A stretch of DNA of 64,000 bases from Mobula hypostoma (taxonomy: Eukaryota): NCBI RefSeq assembly GCF_963921235.1, contig NC_086114.1, positions 31,992,001-32,056,000 on the forward strand, given 5' to 3'. Shown in pieces: positions 11,676 through 24,900 of the stretch. The notes under the pieces are model-generated. The model did not search any database and was not told the DNA's origin. It saw nothing but the letters and a program-made list of their open reading frames with translations. Every line of letters begins with the position of its first letter. The first letter of the stretch is position 1. The position numbers were made by a program, and so were the translations under genes.

Positions 11676-11978
11676 ACCATAGAACCATAGAACCATAGAA
11701 ACTACAGCACAGAAACAGGCCTTTTGGCCCTTCTTGGCTGTGCTGAACCATTTTCTGCCTAGTCCCACTGACCTGCACACGGACCATATCCCTCCATACA
11801 CCTCCCATCCATGTATCTGTCCAATTTATTTTTAAATGTTAAAAAATAACCCGCATTTACCACCTTGTCTGGCAGCTCATTCCATACTCCCACCACTCTC
11901 TGTGTGAAGAAGCCCCCCCTAATGTTCCCTTTAAACTTTTCCCCCCTCACCCTTAACCCATGTCCTCTGGTTTTTTTC
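11676..11978 (-). mobile_element. CR1 3' fragment
   Basis: (ACCATAGA)n tail. Minus ORF 11759-11950 encodes FFTQRVVGVWNELP...FKNKLDRYM. Confidence 0.9.
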
Positions 11979-12766
11979 TGTGCTCAAGTACATTATCATT
12001 GACATATGTCATGAAATTTCTTGTTCTTTGGCAAAAGTACAGTGCAAAATATAAAAATTACTGTAAGTTACAATAAATAATAAAGAGTGTAAAAGAGGAA
12101 TAGTGAGGTAGTGTTCACGAGTTTACGGACCGTTCAGAAACCTGATGACAGAGCAGGGGAAGTTGCTCCTAAAATGTTAAGTGTGGGTCTTCAGACTCCT
12201 GTACCTCCAAACTGATGGTGTTAATGAGAAGGGGGTATGTCCCAGATGGTCAGGGTCCTTAATGAAATCCTGATGAAGTGTCTTGACCCAAAATGTCAAC
12301 TATTCACCTCTTTTTGCCATCTTTGTTATAATGCCAATTATTGACTGATAAATTAATACTATTGGTAAAGTTTTACCACCTCAAAGGGAGGAAATAATTT
12401 CAGGTGTGTTAAAGTGGTGGAATGCACCTGGGAGAGATCCCAGGCTTAACCTTACCTGCACTGCTACCCGAATCAAGTCTGTGGACAATATTACTTGGGT
12501 CCTAGACTATGAGAGGGGGAAATCACTACTTCTGTTCAGTAGTTACTGTTGGAAAGGAGAAATCAAGAACAGCTGTGGCATTGGCACCATTCAGGGCTGA
12601 GATATGAAGTATTGCTCTTTGGATGAGGGGCTCTACCTCAAGGAATTGTAGTCTTACAGGTCTTAGTTGGAATAGGAGGGATATTCAACAGTTTCTAGTA
12701 CAGTGAAGCACCAGGTATCCTTCTGTCGAAGTGCTCATCTCTTTCCTTCAAGTCATTGAAATGGAT

Positions 12767-13460
12767 GCAACTCACACAAAATGCTGGAGGAACTCAGTAA
12801 GTCAGGCATCACCCATGGAAGTGAATAAACAGTTGAAGTTACTGGCCTAGACCCTTCATCAGGACTGGAATGGAAGGGGGAAGAAGCAAGAGTCAAAAAG
12901 GTGGGCAGAAGTGAAGGAGGACAGCTCAAAGATGGTAGATGTAACCAGGTGGACGGGAAAGGTAAAAGGCTGGAGAGGAAGGAACAGATAGGAGAGGAGA
13001 GTGGCCAATAGGAGAAAGGGAAGAAGGTGGAGCACCAGGGAGAATTGCAAAGAGTTAAGAGGCTATAGTGAGGAATAGAAGAAGAGGGAAGGGGAAGGGA
13101 AAACGTTTTCACCAGAAGGAAAAATTGATGTTCATGCCATCAGGCCGGAGACTACCCGGATGGAATACAAGGTATTGCTCCTGCACCCTGAGAAGCTATA
13201 AACTGACATGTCAGAACTGGAAAGGGAATTGGAATTAAAATGGTTGGTTGAAATTCCACTTTTGGCAGTTAGAGTGGAAATACTTGACAAAATGGTTCCC
13301 CTGTTAATGACATGTAGAGGAGGTTGTATTGGGAGCACTGGATACAATAGATGACCCCCAATAGATTTGCAGGTGAAGTGTTGCCTCACCTGGAAGGCCT
13401 GTTTGGGGCCCTGAACGGGGGTGAGGGAGGGAGGAAGCACTTCTGTTGCTTGCAGGGAAC
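12767..13460 (-). mobile_element. Penelope-like element 3' part (GIY-YIG remnant + pLTR)
   Basis: Minus translation PVQGPKQAFQVRQHFTC precedes the PLE GIY-YIG region. The pLTR carries CAGTCCTGATGAAGGGTCTAGG at 12830-12868. Confidence 0.8.
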
Positions 13461-16400
13461 TTGATGTGGATGTGTCCTTTAACAACCCCACCATATTGTG
13501 AAATGTCTGCACCCCCACCACTACAAAACATAGCCACTTTCAATTCCGTGGCATGAACTTGCACTAAACTGCAGCCGCAAAACAACACTTTTCCATCACG
13601 TAAAGCCAATGATAATAAGCAACATGTGTAATTTGAAATGAAGGAGTTGTATTTAAATACAGAGAATACCTTTGTGTGTAGAGTACCCAAGACTCACTTC
13701 CGCCATCAGATGCAAAAGCGTAGGTGAACACTGGAAGTGTTATGAGTGAAATGTGCAAAGCTCACTGACATATTTACAGTCCTACTTGGGAATGTTAATT
13801 TTTTTTTGTAAAAGATTAGTCTACTCCCCCATTGACATTCTTCCTGTGCGAGAGCAATGGCAAATTCACACAACTCTCTCGAGTGCCATCAGGGAAGTCA
13901 GCGTATTTTTGAATGAATTACTTGCCATATATCAACTGTTTACATCTAGCATGAAGCACCAAAGTGTGGTCCAGACAAATAGCTTAGATGTTTTCATAAG
14001 GAAACAAGATGAATATGTGGCGGAAAAGGGGGAGGTGAAGGGTGAGCTGAGGGAGAGAGGGGAGGAGGCTGCTATGAGGTAAAAATGCTGGCACAAACTA
14101 CTTCACTGAATGGTCTATTCTAGAGCAGCACAAGCTCTGCACATCTGTGTAACACTCAGCCTGCTTTTCTGTAGTGTTTCCTCTGCGATCAGAAACTGCA
14201 AAGCTTGTGGTGGATGTCCTTATTTCATTTCTTACATTTGCTTATGATACAAAAAGAGGCCATTCAGCCCATCAAGTCTGTGTTGGGTCACAGGACAGTG
14301 CCATCTGGGAGGGTAAACTAAAGAACCAGGTTAGGGGATTGTTCACTATTGGCTGCTTGCATTAACTACATCGAGGTGAGGGTATCAGCTCTCATTGTAG
14401 ATACAGTTCCATTGGAGCCAAAGTGATAAAGTGAATAAAACCAAGGCCGATACTTACCCTGTGACCTAATACTGAATTTTCCACTGTGTCACTTTCATTT
14501 CAGTTTTAATTCCTCTTTGGAAAGTGTCAGTGAGTTTGTCCAGTATTTCTCTGTCTTATTCAAAGGAGGCGTAGAAATGACTTCAGCAGCCAAGGAGATC
14601 TCCCAATATTAACCAAAGTCAGTTAACAACAACCCATTGAGCAAAGTGGCACAGTTGTGGTTCTCCCTTCTCTGACACGGGTGCTCTGCAACCAGCTAAA
14701 GCTTTAGTTCAACAAGGAGTTAAATTGAGCAGCTATCTGCTTGCAGATGATTGTATGTCACCCGCTGGAGCTATTTAAAGAACTTAAACTTTCCTGGTCA
14801 ACATCCATCCCTCATTTATACTAATGTGAATCCCCAGACCCGTATCTTGATTCTGCTGGTGCTTCTTAGAACCCCTGCCAATAGGGTGCACTGACAACAC
14901 AGTCCAAGTTCCCAGAGTGGCTCTATCCCAAACTTACACCCTGTACAATTATAAACACAAAAGATCCTGCAGACGCTGGAAATCCGGAGTAACACACACA
15001 AAATGCTGGAGGAACTCAGCGGGTCAGGCAGCATCTATGGAGGAGAATACACAGGCAACATTTCAGGCCAAGACCCTTGGGATCCAGCAATTGTTTACAG
15101 AGAGGCAACCATAGACTGTAAATTGTCATTATAGGCCAGACCGTAACATGACAGCAGATTTCATTCCCTAGTGAACCAAAGGGGTTTTCATAAGATCTTG
15201 TCAACAATGCCAGTTCTTTAAAAATTTCAAATGCTTTAAGGTTAAATTGAGTCCATTTTCTCAGTAACAGAGGTAGGATTTGAGGGGTTCTCAGTGAATC
15301 ATAGGCAAGCCTTCAGGATTACTATGCCAGTAGCATAACTAGCATGTTGTCACACCCTATTCACTGGTCACTGCTCCTTGCATATGAGATCAGTAGAGAA
15401 CCTTGCTTCTTGCAGTGCCTTAGGTCGCACTCTAATTGTATTAAATGAACTGCACATAAACAGGGCATTCAGTTCATCTGATGATCTCTGCCTCTGCAAG
15501 TGGTTCCAAGCAACTTTTCAGCTCACCACATATTTCTTGTCTCACTCTATCCAACCCTCCTTCTGTTCGTTTCTCCCCCAGGACTCTATCATCAGTCATC
15601 GCCATTCAGAATCTTCAGTGTTCTAAAGCATTTTCCCCTGAATATTTTTCTGAATTTATGAATGACTTCATTTATAATGCTGATTCACCTGATGTTTCCA
15701 CATTCATTCCTTCAAACCCTTTAAAAATTTTAAGGCCCTTTACCAAGTGATTTGTTTACCAGAGAAAAAAAAATGAATTTGCTGTTGATTCATGATTACT
15801 TCAACAGTGCTGATCAGAATGTCACTAAGGCAACTAGATTCATTGGGCCAATCTTCAAGGGATGCTTACTGGATCACATGATTAAAAACCAAACCTTTTA
15901 CCTGGAATCGGTGGGGTGAAAAACGAGGACAGGCCGATTGTAGTTTAAAAGTAAGGGGCTTCCCACTTAAGCCAGAAAAGAGGCAAAATTATTTCTCTTT
16001 GTGTATCTTTGGAAATCTTTTCCCTAAAGCGCATGCAAGAAGAGTTTTCAACTATTTTTGAGGTAGAGGGGGTGAAAGCTAGATGTTATTGAATGGTGGA
16101 TCAAGCTAGAGGGGCCAAGTGGTCTACTTCTGGTCCTAATTTGTACATTCATATTTTTGTATGAGAGCAGGTGGACTGTAGTACTATCAAAATCAACAAA
16201 AAGGTAGTAAAGTTTGCCAATAACGAAATCTGGGAGCAGTTTCAGAGAATTCTAAACAGAAGAGATTCTGCAGATGTTGGAAAACCTGAAGAACACACAC
16301 AAAGTGCGGGAGGAAATAAGCAGATTTAGTGGCATCTAAAGAGGGGAATAAACAGTTGATGTTTGTTGCTCTCCATAAATGCTGCCTGATCTGTTGAGTT

Positions 16401-18781
16401 CCTTTAGCACTTTGTGTGTGTTTCTCAGAGAACAGGAGCTTCCCAAAGGTGCTCTGAAATGAAGGCTCACAGTGGAATCAGGTTCCCAGAAGCATCTCAT
16501 GTTCAAAAACTCCTCAGTAATTCATTTTGGTATAAACTGTGCATCCACATCAAATATCTAGGACAATGAAAATGGGGGCAAAAGTTCAGAAAAGAAATAT
16601 TAACTTCAGCTTGAAGGTGGTTTAGTATTTTCGACTTCATTATGTTCTGATCACTACTCCACCTTTCACACAGATGAAGTAGAATTTGTACCATGGATGC
16701 AATATTTGTAATAAGGTTCTTTGAGAACCAAAACTTCAAATGTCTATACTACTGATAAAAGACTAAATATACACCGAAGCCAGTAAATGAGTATGAAATT
16801 CAAAATATATTTAAATGTTGCAAAGGCTGCCTAACCTTTGCAGTATTTAAACATGTTTTCATGTAATGTTAATGTACCAAGATGTGCCAATTTTTAATCC
16901 TCTGTGGCAAAATTAAGACTGTGATTCTTTTATAAATTATTTGCTGCTTTAAGATATTCTGAGAATAGCTTTAATTAGTTTGTGGCTCATTTATTCCAGA
17001 TAATCCTCCAAAGAGTTCGTTCAGAAATGTCAGCAAATGGAGGCTCATCTTGAGACATGAGTACATCATTGGCAATGATAGGGAGTACAAATGTTCCCAA
17101 GCCAAGGAACATACGTCACTCATGACCTGTGAGGGTGTGTTTGAATGTTTAAATGTTGTGCTAAGTTTACATCAGGGTCTGATTCAGACAACAATTGGAC
17201 AAATAAAGGACGTTGTCCCTTTAACCTCTGGGACATGGCAGTTTGCCTAGACAGGAAGTTACTTCTATAATGGATCCCTCTTGAGCTGCATTCCAGGCTG
17301 TCATTCCTAAAATGGGGGCAGTTTCTTTGAGGAAGAGCCATCACTGCATGTTGCGGGTGGAGCTGGGGACTTTGTAACCAGATCTTATTGACCTTTCAGC
17401 CGTGGACCATGAAACAGACATCAATGCTAGTCCTTTATTCACCTTACAAGTCCCGTCCCGTTCCCCCCCCCCCCCCGATTCTGTCTCTCCCCTAGGCACC
17501 TAGGGCAAGTTACAATTGCCATTTAACCAACCAACCCGCAAGTCATTTGGAGATAGGTGGATCTGGAACAGCTAGGAGAATCCATGCAGACACAGGGGGA
17601 AGATACAAACTCTACACAAACTCAGCCTGACAAGTCAGAATTGAACGAGGATTTTTTGAGCTATGAGGTGACAGCTCTGAAGTATGGCCCATATGGTCTG
17701 GAAGGGGAAGTATGCAGTATACAGCAATTTACATATTTTAATATTACATCCAGAACAGAGTTGATCTGTACTGCTGGCTTTGCTTTTCCAGTAAGACAAT
17801 GATGATCAAACAATGCACTAGAAATGTATTCACAAACCCAAAAGAACACAGTGTGGAAGTGCTAAAAACAGAGTAGAGCTATTTTGAGCACATTTCTAGA
17901 TTCCGATCACAATTTATTTCTTTTCGGCTGTCAGTGAGAATTTTGTTCACTGGTATTTTTTGTTCGGTGTAAAACTCCCCTGAATTTTGGCAGTAATATT
18001 GTAACTCATGAAATGTATCTGCAATGGAATTTCGCATCATTGTTCATAAGATAAGGTAGTCATCTGCACACTTCTGTTCACTCGGACTCCATTGTCAGGG
18101 AGAGTTTGTCTACTTTTCCTTCAGCCCACATGAGCAAGCATGGGGGTCTGCCTGTAGCATGGGGAGAAGGCAGGAAAATTGGGCTGACAGGGATAATAAA
18201 TCAGCTGTGAACAAATGACAGAGCAGACTCGATGGGCCGAATAGCCTAATTCTTTCTCCTTCTGGTTTATGCACCCTTCCCAAAAGTAAAGGCGCTCACT
18301 ACATTCATGTCTTTATCGAGACCTCCTTGCAGCTTCTGTTAAGGGTAGCTGGAACAGTGAGGTATTAGTTCCACTGGCCATGTGTATCTCTGTGAAGCCA
18401 ATGCACAAATAACACATCTCTTCTTCGCCTGCCTCTCCAGGTCACTCTGACACTCTGTGAGCACTGTTTCATTGCCACCTCCTTCATTTGTTCAGTAGCA
18501 ACACTATCCAGCAGCTGTAAGAGTGAGAATTGGCTGTGCTATAGTGTTACAACTATGAGATCTTGCAATACATCAATAAGGAACGTTGAACTGAAATTGG
18601 TAACTCCAGATCTGGGACGATGTCACACAGCTCCAGCGAGCCAGCTTCAGTCTTAATCTCCGGTGATGTCCGTGTGGCCTTGGCATTGTTCTCACAGTAA
18701 TCGTGTTGGCTTCCTCCCTCTTCTCAAGAGCATGTAGGCTGGTAGGATTATTCACCAAAAAAAGGGAAAATTGATGGGGAT

Positions 18782-18909
18782 AGCAACACACATAAAAATT
18801 GCTGGTGAACGCAGCAGGCCAGGCAGCATCTATAGGAAGAGGCACAGTCGACGTTTTGGGCCGAGACCCTTCGTCAGGACTAACGGAAAGAAGAGATAGT
18901 AAGAGATTT
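18782..18909 (-). mobile_element. Young 128-bp Penelope pLTR insertion with 16-bp TSD
   Basis: GAAAATTGATGGGGAT at 18766-18781 and 18910-18925. Nearly identical to the 6131 and 54228 copies. The hammerhead GAAA is mutated to AAAA. Confidence 0.88.
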
Positions 18910-19903
18910 GAAAATTGATGGGGATGTTGAGTGAGTAGATTACAAGGAAAATTAGTGGGGAGTGGGAATGCTTTGTAAACCAGCACAGGTTGTATGGGCC
19001 AAAATGAGCTCCGTCTATGTCATAAGGAAATGTGGCAAGCTGTAAACCCAACACTGCTGTCTGCAATTGAATGATTCATATTGAATGCAGTTTTCACTGA
19101 CACTACTTAAAATGCCAAAAAAAAGAGCAATTTCTAGGTAAATAAATTCAATTCTAGTGAAAGGTGAAACACTCACTGTTTGCCTTGTAAATCCCTTGAG
19201 TTATTTTTATTTTAGGCTTCCAACACCAACTAACTTGCCTTGGTTTTGTTCAGATCTAATATTAGTTCTAGGATATTGTTTCTCAAGGATGTAATGCACA
19301 AACATTAATGCTCAAGGCCTTAAAACACAAACTAGATTCATTTTAAAGGCAACAGAAACACTTAGATCATTGCATTACCACTATCGATAGGTTATTTCTA
19401 CCATTGGCTGAACGATTATGCTGCAGGATCAGCATTCCTGCTGGCTTTGGGCTATGTGACAATGTGAAGCAATTGATAATGGTTCAGCAGTCTGAACCTA
19501 CTCACCACCAAATTCACCAAACCCACAGAGATTCCAGTTCCTTAAGATGGGCAAGAGTTAACTGTTCGGTGAGGAGCTATGTTGGCAGTTGGGAATGCAA
19601 AGGTCGAGAGAGGGTAAAAGGCCAGAGAGGGGTGTGTGAGAGGGTTTGAGATGGGAGAAAGGTTCATCAGCGAGTGGGGTGGGGGAATCCTTGAGGAAGA
19701 TATAGGCATGGAGATGGAGAACACAACATCATGCCAAGCTATGGGCACAGGAGTAGGAAGGCGAGGCCTCTGCTGAGAACAGACTGCCCTGCATCAGAGA
19801 GGGGCATATCATAAGGAGACAGCGGGGCTTGTTGGAATTAACCAGCCATCATCGCCAGATGCAAGCACAAACTGTGCTGTGTCTTACTTTATGAAACTAT
19901 CTC

Positions 19904-20069
19904 CCTAATGTGGGCAGTGTACCTACCTACCAAATGTAGGCAGCATACCTACCAACCTAATTGTAGTCAATGTAATTATATACCTCATTATAGACAGTGT
20001 ATCTACCTATTTAATTGTGGACAGTGTACCTACTGACCTAATTATGGGCAGTTTAGCTACTTACCTAAT
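19904..20069. repeat. Degenerate ~27-bp minisatellite, about 6 copies
   Basis: Consensus approximately CCTAATTGTGGGCAGTGTACCTACCTA, tandem with no spacers. Confidence 0.8.
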
Positions 20070-23000
20070 CTTCACAAAATACAGGAGTGCAGCAGGAACA
20101 CTTAAACAAATTAATCAGGGTGGTATTTATCCAATGATTGGTACCACCAAGCAGAATCATAGTCAAGTTTGACAAAAACCTGTTGACACACTGTAACATG
20201 TAAAATAAACATGTGAAATACCCCGGGGGAAGAAACGAGAACAAAGTTAAAGTAATTAAAAATATATCATACACATGTAAATTATACGGGGCAGGACTTC
20301 GTCACTCCTAATACCAACCACTGCACTACCATTTCGACCCCCCGCCTCCCCATCTAATATTTCCACTCATGACTATTTTGTTAATTACTGTACATTTGCC
20401 TAAAATAGGTTTCTAAATAATACTTAAAAGGTTTAATTGTGTCATCAGCAAGCTGAGAGTTTATTGTGGGTTTGAATCAATGCAGCTAATGCAGCAAGAC
20501 GTACATGGGCACTCTGAAACACGTAGCACAATTCCCGTCACAGCAGGAGGTCTATTGGCTAGATTATTAGAAGTATTTAAAGTGAAGATAGATACATTTT
20601 TGTTGGATCATGGAGCTAAGGGTTATAGGGAACTGGCGCAGAAGAGGCCTGCATAGATCAGCCATGATGATATTGAATGGTAGGGCAGGTTTGAGGGGCC
20701 TGATGACCTACTCCTGCTCCATATTTAGAATCGTAGAGCACTACAGCACAAAAATAGGCCCTTTGGTCCATTTGGGTTGTGGTGATCTGGTTCCATCTAG
20801 CTGCACCCAGACCATAGTTCTTAATATCCCTTTCATTCATGTACTTATCCAAACTTCTCTTCAAAGTTACAGTTGAACCTGCATCCACCAATTCTGATGG
20901 CAGCTCATTCTACACACACAAGAATACAAGAAAATCCAATTGATTTTGTCTGTTCTTCGCCCAAGTATAGTATGCTCCAAATATCAGCCATTCTGACTAG
21001 AGATGGATTGAATGCTGATGCTCCACAATCTGCAATGCCAATGCATAGAATAAAACATTCTGAAAAATAATTGGTAATGTATCAATGAGCCCATTCATTT
21101 TGAGTTTATTGAGAAGATTGTTCTGGGCAAATTGTAGAAACTAGTCAGCACTGGATCATTGATAGGGATCTGAGCAAAGGTCAATGAGTTCATTCACATG
21201 TTATGGCTGTTGCCAGCAATGCCAGCATTTTTCGTTCTTTCCCTAAATAATTATGCCTGAATTGAAGAGGCAATTAAGTTGAACCTCATTGGTGAGTGCA
21301 GACTGGGTAAAGCAGAGCATTTCCTTTCCTTCATGGTCTTAGTGCACTGAATGAGCCTTTGTGACAGTCTGGTAGTTCCATGGTTGCATCTGAGAGAGCA
21401 GCTTTTCTAAAGAAACTCGAAAACTGTTAACTAACTTGAATTTAAATTTCCTAACTCCTTTATGGGATTTAAACACCTCTTTCAGGATTAATAACCCAGA
21501 GTTATTGGTGGTAAAGTATTAGTGTTAAAGTTGAGATAATAACACCAGGAAGTTATTGATTACAATTGTAAAAATGATTAGGTTGGGATAAAATACACTT
21601 GTGGGTGGCCGTCATAATTGGGGAACATAGAGAGAACATGAATCTCTACAAGCTATAGTGCCAAAATAGAACTGAATTGTTGGGTGGAATGACTTTTCCC
21701 TGATGCCCAGTCACATGAAGGCACTACACAAATAACTGGGCACCTTATCAACTTCCTAATGGGATCCATTTGGTGTTATATGACTGCTGTCAACTCTGTT
21801 CAGAGTCACTGTCAAAAAATAACCACAGTAAATAACATGAGATGGAGGCTATTGTTGTCTGGTGATTAATACCCATGGTGGCAGACTTTGATGTGGGAGA
21901 TAAATATTTAGCTCCCGAAGTGGTTGAACATATATTTCCCTAAAATCTGTTCTTTTCCAGAATCTAATTGCGAGAGTGTGTTGATAATGTCAACACACAC
22001 TGCAGTCTTGTGTGTCGGAGTCAGGTTTATTTTCACTGATGTACTGTATGTTGTGACGTTTGTTGTTTTTGTGGTAGTAGTATAATGTACTACATTAAAA
22101 ATGACTATGTTTTAATAAAAAATATAATAGATAAATAGTGTAAGTGAGGAATAGCAAGGTTGTGCTCATGAATTCATGGACCATTCAGAAATCCGATGGC
22201 AGAGAGGAAAAAGCTCTTCCTAGAATGTGGAATGTGCATCTTCAGGCTCATACACCCTGTCCTTGATAGTAGTAAACAGAGGAGGGCAGGTACCAGATGG
22301 TGAGGGTCCTAAACAATGAATGCTGCCTTCTTGAAGCACTGACATTTGAACATATTGCCAGTGGTGGGGAAGCTTGTGCACGATCAGTCTGGCTGAGTCC
22401 ACAACACTCGGCAGCCTCTTTAGATCCTGAACATTGGAAAAGTATTTGCAAAGTGTGGAAAAGCATTACATTTTGTATACACAGAAGAAATCAGTTGTTT
22501 TTTTTCTGAGCTGAGAAATTTAATTTGTAAAATTATTTTGTACACAAACCACTCCATGTATCCATCATCCTCAGTCACATGACTCAAGGAAGCCAGATTT
22601 TTTTTAACACTTCCTTTTCTGCCTGAACCGTAGTGCATTTACAATTCTCCAGTGAGACAAGACTTTGATCAAACAAGTCCTGGATCCAGGAGGAGCTCCA
22701 TTGCAAAATTGTCAACCAAAAGGAAGCACATAACTCAACATTAGTGTTCAAACTGTAGAAACAACTACTGCTGGATGCACACAGCAGGACTAGTATTAGT
22801 CTTTCAGATTAATGATCTCTACGTTATTCAAATAACTGGGCAAAAATGGATTTAAGTAAAATGCAACTATATACTTTAATTATATTAAGTTAAATTGTTT
22901 TAAAGAATAAATTCAAAACAATGAAGTCACTGGTCTCTAGGAAATATACATATGTACTTGCCCTAGCATAATGCAAATGAACCCCACAGAATTTTATACT

Positions 23001-23394
23001 TTGACTAAAGAGAATACCAGTGGATCATTTTACTTATATTTTAATAATGAACTAGAATTTTTTTGCCTGAGGTTTGACAGATCACACAAATGCAAATGAA
23101 CTATCATCGAGGAAATATTTGCAACTGTGAATTCTGCCCCAGTGGGCAATCACTGTCATTTTAATCACATCTCAGGAAAGGAGCCCAGAGCTGCCATCAA
23201 TAGGTCGCCATGAGTAGGGGCTCGATCTGGCATCTCACCTTATTCAATATCTTATCGTTTATTTCTTCTTTCTTCGCCATGTTTCCCTTCCTTTACTCGG
23301 TGAAGTTGGTTACTTAGGAAAATGAAAACAGCAGTCAGATCTTTTATCTGTGTTGTGGATGTCATTGCTAAGGCCGCAACTTAATATCCATCGT

Positions 23395-24900
23395 TAATGA
23401 CAAAAGCATGGACAACGGGAGCAGGAGTAGCTACCAAGCTCTTCAAGCTTGCCACACCTTTGATTATGATCAAGGCTGATCTATGCTGGCCTCAACCTCA
23501 ACTCCTCATTGGTGCCATTTTCCTCAAACCCTCAATTCTCCAATCTACGATCAGGCCACCAACATCCTCAGGGAACAGAATTCCAGAAAATGCTACCCTT
23601 AAGTGAAGAAATTTCTATGCACTTTTGTTTTAAATGACCAATCCTTTATTTTGTAACTATGTCCCCCGTTTGTGACTCTCCCACTAGTGGAAACATCTCA
23701 ACACTACCTTGTCAGGCCCCATTAGTTATATGCTTGACTAAGTCATTTCTCAATTCGTCTATAACCAAGGTGTAGAGACCCAAACTATCCAGCATCTCTT
23801 AATAAGACAACCTTCTTCCCAGAAAAAGGCTTGATAACCTCCTTTGGACTGCCTCAAATGCTACTACGTCCTTTATATAGGTAAGGGGGCCAACAACTGT
23901 GCTCAGGATTCCAAGCAGTGGCTTCTCCAAGACTCTGTACAAATGCGATTAAACCTCCCTATTCCCACTCTCCAAAACCTTCAAAATAAAGGCCAAAATG
24001 TCTTCTTAATCATCTGCTTTTCTATTCATTCTATTGAACCACATAATCTCACACTTATCCACATTCAACTCTAACGATCAGGTTTTGGCCCATTCACTGA
24101 ATCCAGGGGTTCCCAACCTCTTTTATGCCATGGACCAATACCATTAAGCAAGGGATCCATGGACCTCAGGATAGACAACCCCTGAGTTAATTTATTTACA
24201 TCTCAATTCAGAATGCTTTCATCACAATATGATCTTCCACTTAATTTTGTATCGTCAATAAACCTGCAGGTCTTACACAACTGAATGCAAACATCTAATT
24301 CCTGGGACACTCTGCCAGTTACATCTCTGCAGCCTGAAAAGGATTCATTTATTTCAATTCTATGCTTTCTGTGTGGCACTCAGTTTTCAATCCATGCTAA
24401 CACACATCCTCCTTTATCTTGGGCCCTTAATCTAAGTACCAATCTCTGATGTGGCAACTTGTCAGATTTCCTTTTTGGAAATCTAACTACATTAATTCTA
24501 CAGTTTCCTTCCATTACCTCTCCCTGTCACATCCTCTAGTGAGTTAGTCAAGCATGATTCATCTTTCAAAACACCATGTTGTCTAGTTAAAGTTATATTC
24601 AGTTTTTCTTCTTTGATCATTGACTGTAACAACTTGCTAGCAATCAACATTAAACTAACTGGCCTGTTGTTCTCCAATTACTGTCCTCCTCCTTTTTTGA
24701 AAACTTGAGTCACATTGGCTGATGGCACCCTCTCGGAACTCTGCAAGGTTTGAAACATTTCGACCAATCTGTCTGCCAACTCTGCAGCTGCTTCCTTTAA
24801 AACCCTTAGTTACAGGCCCTCGGGACCTGGCAATTTATCTGCCAAAAGCCCTACGAGTTTCTCTATTACTTTATCCTTTGTGACTGGTAATCTTATATGT
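23395..24900 (-). mobile_element. Ancient decayed CR1 LINE
   Basis: Reverse CR1 3' UTR (GGAGCAGGAGTAG...GATCAAGGCTGATCT) followed by degenerate reverse RT sequence (TAAACTAACTGGCCTGT corresponds to RPVSL). Confidence 0.65.
24104..24184. mobile_element. 81-bp hAT (Charlie/MER5-like) MITE
   Basis: Termini CAGGGGTTCCCAACCT ... AGGATAGACAACCCCTG. Decayed 8-bp flanks ACTGAATC and AGTTAATT. Confidence 0.7.

Noticed and set aside
19904-20069. CRISPR-like array
   Set aside because: The units are adjacent and degenerate with no unique spacers, and the context is vertebrate.
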